A DNA stretch of 64,000 nucleotides from NCBI RefSeq assembly GCF_009834535.1, contig NC_045696.1, forward strand, positions 119,104,001 through 119,168,000, read 5' to 3'. Origin of the DNA: Camelus ferus (Eukaryota). Both the position numbers and the translations under genes were made by a program. The notes beneath the pieces are model-generated. The model was not told the DNA's origin. It worked only from the letters and a program-made list of their open reading frames with translations, and searched no databases. Of this stretch, positions 11,997 through 23,039 are shown one piece after another; position 1 is the stretch's first letter, and each line of letters opens with the position of its first letter.

Positions 11997-12440
11997 GTGA
12001 TGGTTAATTGTACGTATCAGGTTGGCTAGGCGGCGGTTTCTGCTCAAATGGCAGTCAGTGGAAGTGATGCTGCGGGGGATTTTGAAAGATGTGATTAACG
12101 TTTGAATTCGTAAAGCAGGTCACCCTTCGTAATATGAGTGGACTTCGTCCAGCCAGTCCGAGGACTTAGGAGAAAGGACTGCGGTCTCCCGAGGAGTAAG
12201 GAGGGATTTCTGCCTCTAGGCAGCCCTGGGACTCGGGTCTGCCATCACCACTTCCCTGGGTTTTTGGGCTGCTAGTCGGCCCTGTAGATTTTGGACTGGC
12301 CAGCTGCCAAGCCCAAAAACAAGTCCTTTAAACAAATCTGCCCTGACTTCCCTCTCCATAGATCTCTGTAGATTTCTTCTCACACACACACACGCGCACG
12401 TGCGCGCTATCCTCCTGGTTCTGTGTCTCTGACCTGAGTA
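11997..12440 (+). mobile_element. MLT2-type ERVL solo LTR
   Basis: Starts GTGATGGTTAATTGTACGTATCAGGTTGGCTAGG, contains GATGTGATTAACGTTTGAAT, and has a (CA)n tract before CCTGGTTCTGTGTCTCTG; these are MLT2 hallmarks. Confidence 0.75.
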
Positions 12441-12444
12441 CAAA

Positions 12445-13050
12445 AGGTGGAGATGGCAGGGAAAGGGGTGTCAGGCTGGGGGTCAAGTGGAGGTAAAGGA
12501 AGGGTGTCTGGAAGCCTGCTGTGTAGGCAGGACAGCACTGGCTCAGCCCAGCCCGGTTCCAGGGTACGTGCAGGGAGCAGAGGCTGCAGGGCTGGGAAGG
12601 AGGGAGGGTGGGTGAGGTCCAGGCTGAGGACTCCAAGCTGGGCAGCAGGTGTGATTTCTGCTCTTTGAGCCACTTGTGTGTGCAGAATGGTGGACCTGGC
12701 AAACACTGATGCTAGGCATCAGGTGGATGAGAGACCAGGGGAGCCGGGGGAGAGGAAGGCTGCCGACAGTCCGGAGGAGGCAGTGGCGGGATGGGAAGTG
12801 TCCCCAGCGCTTGGCACCCCGCTAGCTGCAAGGGTGAGAATGGTGGCAGGAGGAGGCTGATACCTGGCGTCTGGAGCCTGGATGAGATCGAGGGCAGTGG
12901 TACCATCCGCAGAAACCCAGGAGGAAGGACAGGCTTTAGGGCAGGATGTTGCGTTCTCTTTGGGGTGTATTCATCCAGACGTGCCGGGAAAGTTCCAAGT
13001 GAAGATGCTGAAATGGGTCTGTGAGCATGTTCTGTGAGAGTCAGAGAGAA
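12445..13050 (-). mobile_element. L2 LINE fragment
   Basis: Antisense L2 motifs CTGGCGTCTGGAGCCTGG..GTGGTACCAT..GGAGGAAGGACAGGCTTTAGGG..CCAAGTGAAGATG. Confidence 0.5.
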
Positions 13051-13554
13051 GTCAGGCTAGGAGGGGTTCTGATAGCAAAGGAGGAGATGATGCAATTGTG
13101 TGACGTTTTTGAGCCATGACACAGCGAGTCCCTATATGGGAGGTTCCCAAACTGCACAGGGCGCTACGGCAAGGGATGGTTTAGGTTTTAGAGGGAAGCA
13201 TGGTGATACTTGCCATGTTGGACACCACACTCACAGCCAGCCCAAGGGAGTGCACACATCCACGTCAGAGGGCCCCGCCTTCCTTGCGATGACTTCATAG
13301 CTTTGCAAGGCTGGATGTTGGGTGGTCGCTAAGGAAATGACTGCAGAACAGGAAGTGAGGCTGGTGGTGTCCAATGGGATTCCCAGCTCTGAGATGTTGC
13401 CTGGTGCCAAACAGATGCGCACAGCCCATTAGTAATTATGGGAACTTAAGGGTGAAGAGAGAAGAGGCTTTTTTTCTTTCACCTTGTGTATTCTGTTCTT
13501 TCAAAAGGCTACTGAGTTGTTTGGACCTGACTACTTAATAAAGTGAACTGGAGA

Positions 13555-13670
13555 AAAATTGTGCTCTACACTGGAATTTGACGCAGCATTGTAAAATGAC
13601 TATTACTCAATGAAAAAAAGTGAAAAAAATTACATAAAAGCAAATTCCAGACACCAAAAAAAAAAAAAGC
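13555..13670 (+). mobile_element. Very short L1 3' tip with extra 3' sequence and poly(A), perfect TSD
   Basis: Matches the L1 3' terminus also seen at ~50128-50205. Perfect 14-bp TSD AAGTGAACTGGAGA at 13541-13554 and 13671-13684. Confidence 0.88.
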
Positions 13671-14254
13671 AAGTGAACTGGAGATGTGGATTTTAGCCTG
13701 GGGATGCTGTGAACTGGGGATGTCATGACCTGGAAATCTCGGAAGCTTCACCCGGAATTGTTCTCGGTGTTACGTGTACCTTGTATAAGAGTAAGAACAG
13801 AGACAGAAGATCTGGGACAAAGGGAGGCACATGAGGGCTGCATCCCAAAAGTCATATTTCTTCAAAAATAAAAAGTGTGAGCAAATAAAATTTGTTCAGT
13901 CAGGGTACTGGGTACATAGATGTCTCATTTTCTCTCCTTATTCATATGTCTGGCATGGTTTATAGTGAAAGTAATTTTAAGAGAGCAGGACAGGAAGCTG
14001 GGGTAGAATTTAGGGGTGCGCTTGTGTTTGCGAGGGCAGCAGAGAGCCTGGGAAGGGAGAGTGTCAGGTCCGGAGAGATTCATAGGTGGGGGTGGGACCA
14101 CAGGGGTGAGCGAGGCCACGTTCTTCTAGACTGTGCTTCTCAGCCCCAGCTCAGCAGCTTAAGAGAGACCCCAGGCCTCTGGGGCCTGGGTGTTAGGAGA
14201 TCGGAGAGGGTCAGGAGTTGGAAAAGACGGGGTTTGCTCTGAGAGCGTTGAGTC

Positions 14255-14508
14255 TCCGCCTGGCATGTCAGTGAGAAACACTTAGGGCGATCTTAAAAGA
14301 ATGATGCTTGGGCCCCACCCCCAAATGCCTGGGCATCAGGACGTCGAAACATCTCTCCCGTGATTGCAGCGTGCATCCAGGGTAGGGAACAGCCCAGCCC
14401 AGGGCTGCTCCAGCTTTCCTGTGATTCGGACTTGAGTGAGTCACGTGTGGAAATGCGGATTCAGTGGTGCCAGGGCTGTTGGTCTGAGGACCACACTCTG
14501 AGTAGCAG
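14255..14508. mobile_element. MER5A-like hAT fragment(s)
   Basis: ATGCTTGGGCCCCACCCC, GTGATTGCAGCGTGCATCCAGG and GGTCTGAGGACCACACTCTGAGTAGCA motifs. Confidence 0.55.
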
Positions 14509-14689
14509 GTTCTTCTGGGCGGGGGGTGGGGTGCGGGCTCTTTTGAGTTAAGGGTGGTCGTGATAGAGGCTGGCTGGAGAGAAAGTCTGGATCAGATGCC
14601 ACCGAGACGTGGGGTGGGGTGGGGAGGGGTGGTAAGCAGGTGTTTTCTTTTGATAATGTAAAGACCCCTTGTTTGCCTTAGCTTTATTT

Positions 14690-14850
14690 TATTTTATTTT
14701 TTAACCCCTGTATTGTGGTATGGTTCCTGTACAGTAAACTACACATATTTCAGATGTCTACTTTGATGAATTTTGATAGCTGTAAATGCCCACGAAACCA
14801 CCACCACAATCAAGACAGCTAACATTTCCATCATTCCCCAAGAGGTGCAA
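14690..14850 (-). mobile_element. Ancient L1M 3' end fragment
   Basis: TTTGATGAATTTTGA..GAAACCACCACCACAATCAAGACAGCTAACATTTCCATCATTCCC. Confidence 0.65.
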
Positions 14851-14949
14851 TTTTCGATTTCCCAATTTATCCCTTTCTATCCCCTTTCACCCTGGTAACC
14901 ATAAGTTTGTTCTCTATGTCTGTGAAAACAAAATACACATTCTTCCCAC

Positions 14950-15449
14950 GTACCTTATCTTTTGCCGTGTGACACGTGGCTCCCAGACTTAGCCGCCGAA
15001 AACAGTCATAGACATTTATTCTCTCCCACGGTTTCTGTGAGCTAGAAATCCAGCAGCAGCTGAGCTGGGTGGTTCTGACCCAGGGTCTCTCTTGAGATTG
15101 CGATCAGGATGCAGGCCAGGCTGAAAGCTTTTCCTGGAGCCGGAGGGTCTGCTCCCACCTGGGTGTGGAGTTGGTCGTGGCTGTTGGGTGGAGGCCTCTC
15201 TGTGTATCAACCTCTGTGGGGTTGATACAGCGTCCTCACAACACGGGGGCTGGCTCCCCCCAGAGTGAGTGAGCCGAGACAGAGCAGGGTGGGGCCCATG
15301 GCACCTCCTGCAGCTTCGCCTCGGAAATCACGCTGATCCATCACCACATCCTCCTGGCTACACAGATCAGCCCTGTTCAGTGAGGAGGGGCCCACGGGTG
15401 CACACCAGGAGGGTTAGCCAGGGCCCTCTTGGAGGCTGGCTGTGATACA
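14950..15449 (-). mobile_element. MLT1 (MaLR) solo LTR
   Basis: CATTTATTCTCTCCCACGGTTTCTGTGAGCTAGAAATCCAGCAGCAGCTGAGCTGGGTGGTTCTG...GGAGGCTGGCTGTGATACA. Confidence 0.75.
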
Positions 15450-15865
15450 TCTTGTGGTCTTCAGCTGGAAAAGTAAAGTAATGCACATGCAGCACAGAAA
15501 ACTTGAAATATAGAGAAAACCATAAAGAAAACGCTACCCATGACCTCACGGCCCGGAGGAAAGTTCTGTGAACGCTGTGGTCTCTGTCTTGCCAGCTAAC
15601 GAAAGAACGTGGATTTTGATGTACTGATACACACATAGGCACTTTTTAAAAAGTGGCACCGTGAAATAATCCCATTTCATGTAGATTGTCCTCTTCCTGG
15701 TGTGGAATAGGAACACTTCCAAGGGGTCAGTTTTAGTTTTCCTGGGACTTCTGTCTTAGATGGTTTGTAGGATGTCAAGATTTGACGCCTTCTGAAAGGT
15801 TGATTGGATTTTTGGGTTTTATTTACATTTCTGGGTGGAGAGAGATGTTCTTATCATGTAAAAAC

Positions 15866-15950
15866 TTTTTTTTTTTTTAATGGAGGTACTGGGGATTGAA
15901 CCTAGGACCTCGTGCATGCTAAGCATGCAGTCTACCACTGAGCTACATCC
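15866..15950 (-). mobile_element. tRNA-Ala-derived camelid SINE (vic-1 type), short form
   Basis: Reverse complement reads GGATGTAGCTCAGTGGTAGACTGCATGCTTAGCATGCACGAGGTCCTAGGTTCAATCCCCAGTACCTCCATT plus poly(A); A and B boxes present. Confidence 0.88.
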
Positions 15951-17201
15951 TTGACTCTGTGGAAGCTTCTTGATTTGAATCACCAGTGCTTACTTTGAGT
16001 GCCTGAATGATGCAGTAAACACACTTACATCTTCACAGGTGGGATTTGAGTGTAGAAATAAAGGATAAGTGTAGCACCTGATCCAGCATTGTTGCATATC
16101 ATTGCCCCACCTCTGGCTGCTTGTCTGGAGCTGTTGGCAGTTAAAATTAGCTTTACCGTCACCCTCAGATTAGCAGCTAGTGTGGTGAGTGAGGGCTCAC
16201 TCTTAATGAAACTAATTTGTATTTGAAAATATAACTACTTTTATTGCCCCCATTATTTAAATACGTGCTTGCTCACTGATGATAAAAAAGAACCTTTAAA
16301 CTGAGGGATTTTTTTTTTTTAAACCCTAGCTGAAAAAAAAAAAATCTTTTAAGGGTGTAAGCCTTTTTTGAAGTGGTTTTTTAGGATTTTATGGGCATCT
16401 TGGGAAATATTTTAAAAACAAATTAGAAATACTTTGAAAATCAAAAGGTGAACATTTCAACATTTAAAGTGGCCCATGGCATTGAGCCCTATTGCTGATC
16501 AACCTTTTCTGGAGCCAAGTCTAGGGCAATGAGCCCTGTTTTCCATGATGGAGATTTCCTGTGCGTGTCCTGCGCTCTGCTCAGACTTCTACAACAGCCA
16601 GTCTCACTGCCCCGTGTGTATCTGTTCAGTGTCACCTGTGAGCTCCTTGAGGGGAGAGCCGAGTCTTTCCACTTACATATTTCCTAACTGAGGGCGTGAC
16701 TCAAATCAGACCTTAATAAATGTGCGTTGGATGAGTGACTGTGAGATCTTGGAGCATACAGTCCTTCTCCGTGGAACTGACGGTGGCTGCATGAATTGGC
16801 CCCACCTTCTACCAAAGATACGCCTCCTTCCAGGTTTGATTCAGCAAGAATTGATTTTCCAGAATGTCATCGCTGAAGGATCTTTACTTACGGGGCATTT
16901 GCAATGTCTAGTGTCCTCTCCGTGTAGTTGGGCCTCAGACCCTTCCAGTGGTTTCCTTATTTTCCTCCCTAATCAGCCTCCAGTTCCTAATTACTTTTAA
17001 CCAGTTTCTGCTCGAGAACTATAAGTATATTTCTTGGTCTCTTCTCCCACTGTCTCACCCTAGGAATGGGGAAAGGACTCCTTTCTTTCTTCTGCCTTTG
17101 AAGACCTCTTGGATGATTTTTCTTGATGCCTTGATGCTAGAGAGACCCAAACGCATGGGTGCAGGGATGTCCTTTGGGACGATAAAGACAGAAAAAGAAG
17201 T

Positions 17202-17318
17202 GGGGGAAGGTATAGCTCAAGTGGTAGAGCGAATGGTTAGCATGCACAAGGTCCTGGGTTCAACCCCCAGGACCTCCTCTAAAAAATAAATAAGTAAACC
17301 TAATTTATTACCCTCCAA
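17202..17318 (+). mobile_element. tRNA-Ala-derived camelid SINE (vic-1 type)
   Basis: GGGGGAAGGTATAGCTCAAGTGGTAGAGC..GGTTCAACCCC plus AT-rich AAACCTAAT tail. TSD AAAGACAGAAAAAGA (17184-17198) / AAAGACATAAAAAGA (17319-17333). Confidence 0.9.
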
Positions 17319-17821
17319 AAAGACATAAAAAGAGGAAAAACATCCTGTATGACTGTAAAATAATCAAAGCTGATTGAGCAGTGAAGTCACGCGTAAAAAA
17401 GGTCACCTGGTTTACTTTAGGTGTCAATGTCAAGTGACCGTAGGAATTTGGAGGGGCAGAGCTCTAGGGGTTGGATGGACCATAGAGAAGTAGTGGGAAA
17501 ATATCATCGCACACGGGTGATTTTTAGCAAGTGTTCTTTACAAAACAGACAGTCACAACAAAAGGAAAAGTAGCCAGGAGCAGTACCACTGGTCATGACC
17601 CCACCAGGGACCTAATGCCCCAGGGTGAGCAGGTGCAGAGGGGCTCTAACCCCAGGGCTCTCAGAGGGTCTCACCTTCCACCAGGCTTCTCCCAGGCCAG
17701 CGTCTGGACACCTGAGTGGGTCATTCATGAGGAGGACCTGCACTTACTGTCCAACTCAGCAATCCCACTCCTGGGTGTTACCCCAGAGAAATGAAAACTT
17801 ATGTCTGCATAAAAATCTGCA

Positions 17822-18454
17822 TGTGTATAAACATACCACTGCTTCTTTATCCAGTCATCTGTCTATGGACATTTAGGTTGTTTCCACGTCTTGGCTATTG
17901 TAATAGTGCTGCTGTGAACATTGGGGTATATTATTATATTTAGTTGTGGTCTATGTATACAGTGGAATACTACTCAGCCATAAAAAAGAATGAAATAATG
18001 CTATTTGCAGCAACATGGATGGACCTGGAGATCATCATTCTAAGTTAAGTAAGCCAGAAAGAGAAAGAAAAATACCATATGATAGCACTCATATGTGGAA
18101 TGTAAAAAAAAGTTAAAAGGACACAAATGAACTTATTTACAAAACAGAAACAGACTCATAGACATAGAAAACAAACTATAGTTACCAGAAGGGGAAAGGG
18201 GTGGGGAGGGATAAATTGGGCGTTTGAGATTTGCAGATACTAACTACTATATATAAAATAGATAAACAAAAACGTCCTACATATATATATATATGTAGCA
18301 CAGGGAACTATATCCAATATTCCTGTAGTAACCTATAATGAAAGAGAATATGAAAAGGAATATATGTATGTATACGGATGACTGAAACATGATGGCCGTG
18401 AACAGGAAATTGATACAACATTTTAAACTGACTATACTTCAATTAAAAAAAAAA
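17822..18454 (+). mobile_element. Camelid L1 3' end with inverted 5' segment, inserted into an older L1M
   Basis: 17822-17930 is antisense ORF2-end sequence; 17942-18454 is sense ORF2 end + 3' UTR + A tail. The flanks (~17750-17821 and ~18468-18560) read as a continuous old L1M (CAGCAATCCCACTCCTGGG..AAATGAAAACTTATG / CATGAATGTTTATAGC..AAACTGGAAACA). Confidence 0.87.
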
Positions 18455-18634
18455 GAATTTATTTAAGAAAAATCCTCACATGAATGTTTATAGCCACTTT
18501 ATTCAGAATTAACCTAAACTGGAAACATCTCAGATGTCGTCCAAGGGTGAACGGCTGAAGCAGGCCCCTGACTGCAGGCTGGTGCCTGGCCGGGGAGGCA
18601 GCTGGCCGTGGTCATTTGGAGCAAACTCGGGGTG

Positions 18635-19115
18635 TAGATTAGCTATTATTACATGACCAGTCACACCAAAATGAGAGGCTGAAAACAGTAACAATGGCGT
18701 CTTCTGCTCCAGAGTCTGCCGTCTTGGCGGGTCTGGTGGAAACAGCTTGTCTCTGCTGCCACACATGATGTCAGCGGCTTGCCGGAGGCGGAGGTTTGAC
18801 TTCCAAGACGGCTCACTGGCCCGATGGCTGGCAGCTTGGTGCTGGCTGTCCATTCCTCCCCACATGGCCTCTCCTTGGGGCTACTTGGGCTTCCTCATGG
18901 CATGGTGGCTGGGTTCCAAGAGCAGCTGTCCCAAGAGTTGGGCAGTGGATGCTCCCAGCTTCTCAAGGCTGGGGTCCAGAAACTGGCACTGCATCATTCC
19001 AACACTTTCTGTTGCAAGCAGTCAAGGAGCCCAGATTCAGGGGAGGTGACGCAGACCCCCACCTCTCGATGGAAGGAGTGTTACCTTTGAGAGCCATATT
19101 AAAAAAAAACCCATC
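18635..19115 (-). mobile_element. MLT1 (MaLR) LTR
   Basis: CTTCCAAGACGGCTCACT, CCCCACATGGCCTCTCC, GGGCTTCCTCATGGCATGGTGGCTGGGTTCCAAGAG, CCCAGATTCAGGGGAGG motifs. Confidence 0.75.
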
Positions 19116-21845
19116 ATGCTTACCATTTACCTTCTGCCCTACTAGAGACCTCGACTCCGCTGAGACACGCACTGAATGTCTGCGATAAGGATGTGCAGCC
19201 TCGCTGGGCACCATCGGCCTGCATCGGGCGAGACTGTGCCTTCCCTCTTCCCTCTGCCTCCACCTCTCACTGCCCTCGGAGGCCCAGCCCCAGCCCTGGC
19301 CCCCACTTCTTGTGGGATTCTAACATGAGTGGGGGTTGGGAACCTCAAAGCATCAATAGTGAAGTTTACAAAATGTACAACATCCTGGAAGGCACTGTTG
19401 TATCTTTGTTTTCCTTTTCCTAAGCTAGATTTACTGACTTGTTTGAGCGTAGTAGGGACTACAGTAGATATTTTTCAAGTGATGTAGAAGTCTTTCCTGT
19501 TTTGACAGGGGTGGGGTTGGTGGAAGAGTGCAGGAGGGAACCAGGAGGGACACGGGTGTGCCTGTAGCAAGCAAGGTAGGGCCCTTGCATGAATGAGTAA
19601 GAGGAACACATTCACACTAAGCTTTGGGTGGCTAGTGATGACTCTGCATGTCTCTCTTCCCAGAGGAACTGTGTTTTAGATGCATTTACTTAACCAGAGT
19701 TGCATGCACTCCAAACAAATTAATCCCTAAAATTTGAGACCTCAAGGATTCAGCTATGTTCCTGGCTGGTATGGCTGACTGGTACTGTGTCTGATCACAT
19801 AGATGATTTGCCCAGAGCCTCATCGTGTCCTGTGAGACAAACGTGGTGCCCTTTGGGGTGAATTTGGGCAGAGACCTCAAGTTTGAGATAGTCTGATTGA
19901 AACCTTAAATTCAAAGTTATGAATTGGGAGTTTTTCTAATACTTTTTGGCATACACCCCAACCCCAAATTTATCTGAGTCTTTCATATTTATCCCTGGAA
20001 TCCTCTCTTTTTTTTTTTTTTCCTGCTGTCAGTGAACCTATCCTTGATAGAAGAAATTAAATCATACTAAAGTATTAATGGCTACCAGGAGCTTGGTTTG
20101 TTGCCCTTCCCAGGGAGATACTTGCAGACTCAAAGGTGATACGAGATAGGGTGTTGTCAAAGGAATGAATTTCTAATGCTGAAATTTACTTAGGAGGAGA
20201 GCAAGAATGGGAAGATTTTTGAGGAAGTCCCCAGACACTCAAACCTTAATAGAGAGGAAGACCAGTGAGTGACTGGGAAAGTCTCTGGGTTACTTCCAGT
20301 TCTGTTTCGGCAGTGACAGTACTCGTCTCACCAGGTTACCTGTTCCCCAGCACTTAGGGTCCTCCCTGCCCATTTCTCTCCTGCTTTGCCCCAGTGATGC
20401 CAGCTGGCTTACTTTTTAGCAGTTAAGTGTGCAGCCTCTGTACATATCAGCTATTATATCTGCAGAACTGCAGAGTATTTTACGAGTAATCAGTTCATGC
20501 AGATTGCACATAAATCATGTCTGCGCTGGCCCTTTGGACACTAATGTTCCCTTATTAAGGCATAAGTAAACCTTCCTGTTCTCATCCATCCTTCCAGACT
20601 CTTTTTAATTACTGAAAAGAATAGCCTGGCTGTCCCTGCACCAGCCTCTTCCACGCCCCTCCCTCCACGGCCTCATGGCTTTTGTGAGGTTCCTCTTGTT
20701 TTTTCTGGAACTCGCCAAATTGCCGTAGGAAGCCGGGTACCTTGTGAATGGATCAAGCGGGAGGAAATTCTTATCTTGAAGAGGAAGTGGCCACCACGTT
20801 TCTGTTGGTGATATTCTTGGCCAGTTAATATTTTGTGAAATATGTCCCGATAACAGCACAGGGGCCCCGGAGAAGGGAGGGATTGATCATGCTGAGTGCT
20901 CAAAAGGCAGCTCTCTCCCACTGAAGTCTGGGGAGAGGCTAAGACGGCATTTCATGAATGTCACTCTGCCTAAGTAAACAGAGAACCCTCGTTGTCTTCA
21001 ATCCCCTGAAGACTGGACTCCCGGCCCGCCCTCGTGTGCACGTTCTTTTCACATTTCTCCATTTTCTTCCAATACCGTAGCCACAGATCTGTGCTCTGAT
21101 ACACATGGGTTTCTGCTTCCAGTGTCTTCGGCCCTGCTCTTAGCGTTCATCCAGTCTTCATGGGTCTGAAACGACCCTCCCTGAGGATTGGACGCGTACC
21201 CTGTCCCTGCAAACCTTTGGTCTAAAGAAGAATACACAGGGACTTCTAGACCAGGCCCATAAAAATACCGCCATCTGCTTTTAGAAATGGCTGGAGAATG
21301 TAAATTCCTGTCTAAATGATTCCTGTCCAGGGTAGACAGAACTTGGGAGTTTGGAAATTGTAATAACAACTCATTATCTTCTCTTAGCAACCACAGCCAA
21401 GTGACACATCTCGTTTTTTTTTTTTTCTTTTTTCATATGGGCTGACAACATAATGCCCCATTATTGCTTTTTAAATCCTATTTTTTAATCCTGTATATGG
21501 GTTCTAGTGGAACCGAGGCTCTCTGAGGTATTATTTCCCCCAGATAAGGGAAAAGATGATATAAAACAGGTATGTTTCTGGTGTCATTTCAAAATCACAG
21601 GCTGGCTGGTAATGGTATCTTATCAGTGAGCGGAGCCAGCCTGAGTACTGAGCTTCCATCCCCTGGTGTTCAGGCCGCAGGCTAAATTGTACTCTCGGTT
21701 TCAGGAAGGCTGAGTTCTTCATGGGTTCTTCAGGGAAATGATGGGGGTCTTTTCTACGACGGTGTTTAAAAACATCACCTCAGGAGAAAAAAAATCATCC
21801 CCCTCTTTTTTTTTTTTTTTTTTTTTTTTGCTGACAGCTGCTGAA

Positions 21846-21990
21846 ATGGGTTGCGGATTGAACAAGTTGGAGAAACGTGATGACAAACGGCCTGGAAACA
21901 TCTATTCGACGTTGAAGAGGCCTCAGGTGGAAACCAAGGTGGACGTGTCCTATGAATACCGCTTCCTGGACTTCACGACCTTAAGTGCTG
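21846..21990 (+). CDS. RFTN1: Raftlin (RFTN1) first coding exon: codons 1-48 plus 1 nt (phase 1); exon spans 21838-21990
   Basis: Translation MGCGLNKLEKRDDKRPGNIYSTLKRPQVETKVDVSYEYRFLDFTTLSA is the raftlin N-terminus (RFTN1-type LNKLEKR..NIYST rather than RFTN2-type). MGC motif for myristoylation (G2) and palmitoylation (C3). Strong Kozak GAAATGG, acceptor T24-GCTGACAG|, donor CTG|GTGAGG at 21991. Confidence 0.97.
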
Positions 21991-23039
21991 GTGAGGATGG
22001 GGCTCAGCACCGGGCTGGGCGGGGATGCGGCTCAGCTCAGTGGTGGGGGCTGGTGGGGGAGGGAACTAAAGGGCTGTCTAGAAGGCACTGCTTACAGAAA
22101 TAAAAATACAGATTTTTAGGTGACATCTTTCACTTTTTGAATGCTAGCAACCCATTTAAGTGGTTACAAATTTAAAAACATGTGTGAGCCTAATAGCACA
22201 AGTGGGTGGGTTGAGTTTGGCCCACAGGCCAACTCATTTGCAGACTCTGCGTCCTGGAAGCCACGTGGGGAAGGATAGTCGGCCCATCACCTCATATTAG
22301 CCGCCTGTCCCCCCCAGATCCCCCTACCCTTTGTCCGCCGGTGTCTTTCCAGACTGTTAGTCCATTGGGCTTGGCTGTGCCACGCCCCAGCGTCCCAGTG
22401 GCCCCGGGGTGACTGGCAAGTGCGGGTCAGTGTTTTCATCCCGAGCATTTGCTGAGCACCGACTGTGTGCAGAGAGTTGGGAGGTGTCGTGGGGAAATCA
22501 GGTAGCAGGTCCTGGTTTACATAAGCTACCTACCCAGCCAGAGAGGAGACTGGCACACGGGAAAGCCCAATGGGGAATAATTGCAAGTGGGAACCACATA
22601 AACTAGGTTTTCGGATGGCCCGCAGTGTCCTCTCCATCTATATTTGTGGGAAACAAGATTGAAAGGAAATACAGCAGAATGTTAAATACTGATTGTCAGG
22701 TGCTGAGATTATGGGGGAATTCTTTTTCTTTTTTTCATTTTTTTTTTTTGCACTGTGGTTACATTTCTTTTATTACTAAGAAGAGAACTTTTAGCTTTTT
22801 TTAAGAGTTAACTTCCAGAAGCACGTGCCCTCCTGCCGCCTTCTGCTTCGTCCCTCCTCTCTGAACTGTTTCCCTGGCCTCCTTCCTTGTTTCTCTGCTG
22901 CCTTGTGTACCCACACTGCTTTCTTTGATTGAATTACCTGTTTTTTTCTGACTATGAAGTAGACATAGGTCCATCAAAACAAGTTAGGAAAACCCTGGAA
23001 AAACCCCAGCTGGTCTCCCAGCTCCTCTCCTCGCCCCTC

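Larger units (their letters stand above)
4016..21837 (+). other. RFTN1: RFTN1 intron 1 (~17.8 kb)
   Basis: GT at 4016 to AG at 21836-21837, with a 24-nt T tract (21806-21829) before the AG. Confidence 0.7.

Noticed and set aside
21846..21990. Assignment to the paralog RFTN2
   Set aside because: The LNKLEKRD.KRPGNIYST segment matches RFTN1 as I recall it; RFTN2 differs here (LRKLEDPDDSSPGKIFST).
21738..22103. Full 121-aa ORF as the protein
   Set aside because: Only 21846-21990 is coding. The poly-Phe leader is the intronic T tract and the tail after LSA is intron 2.
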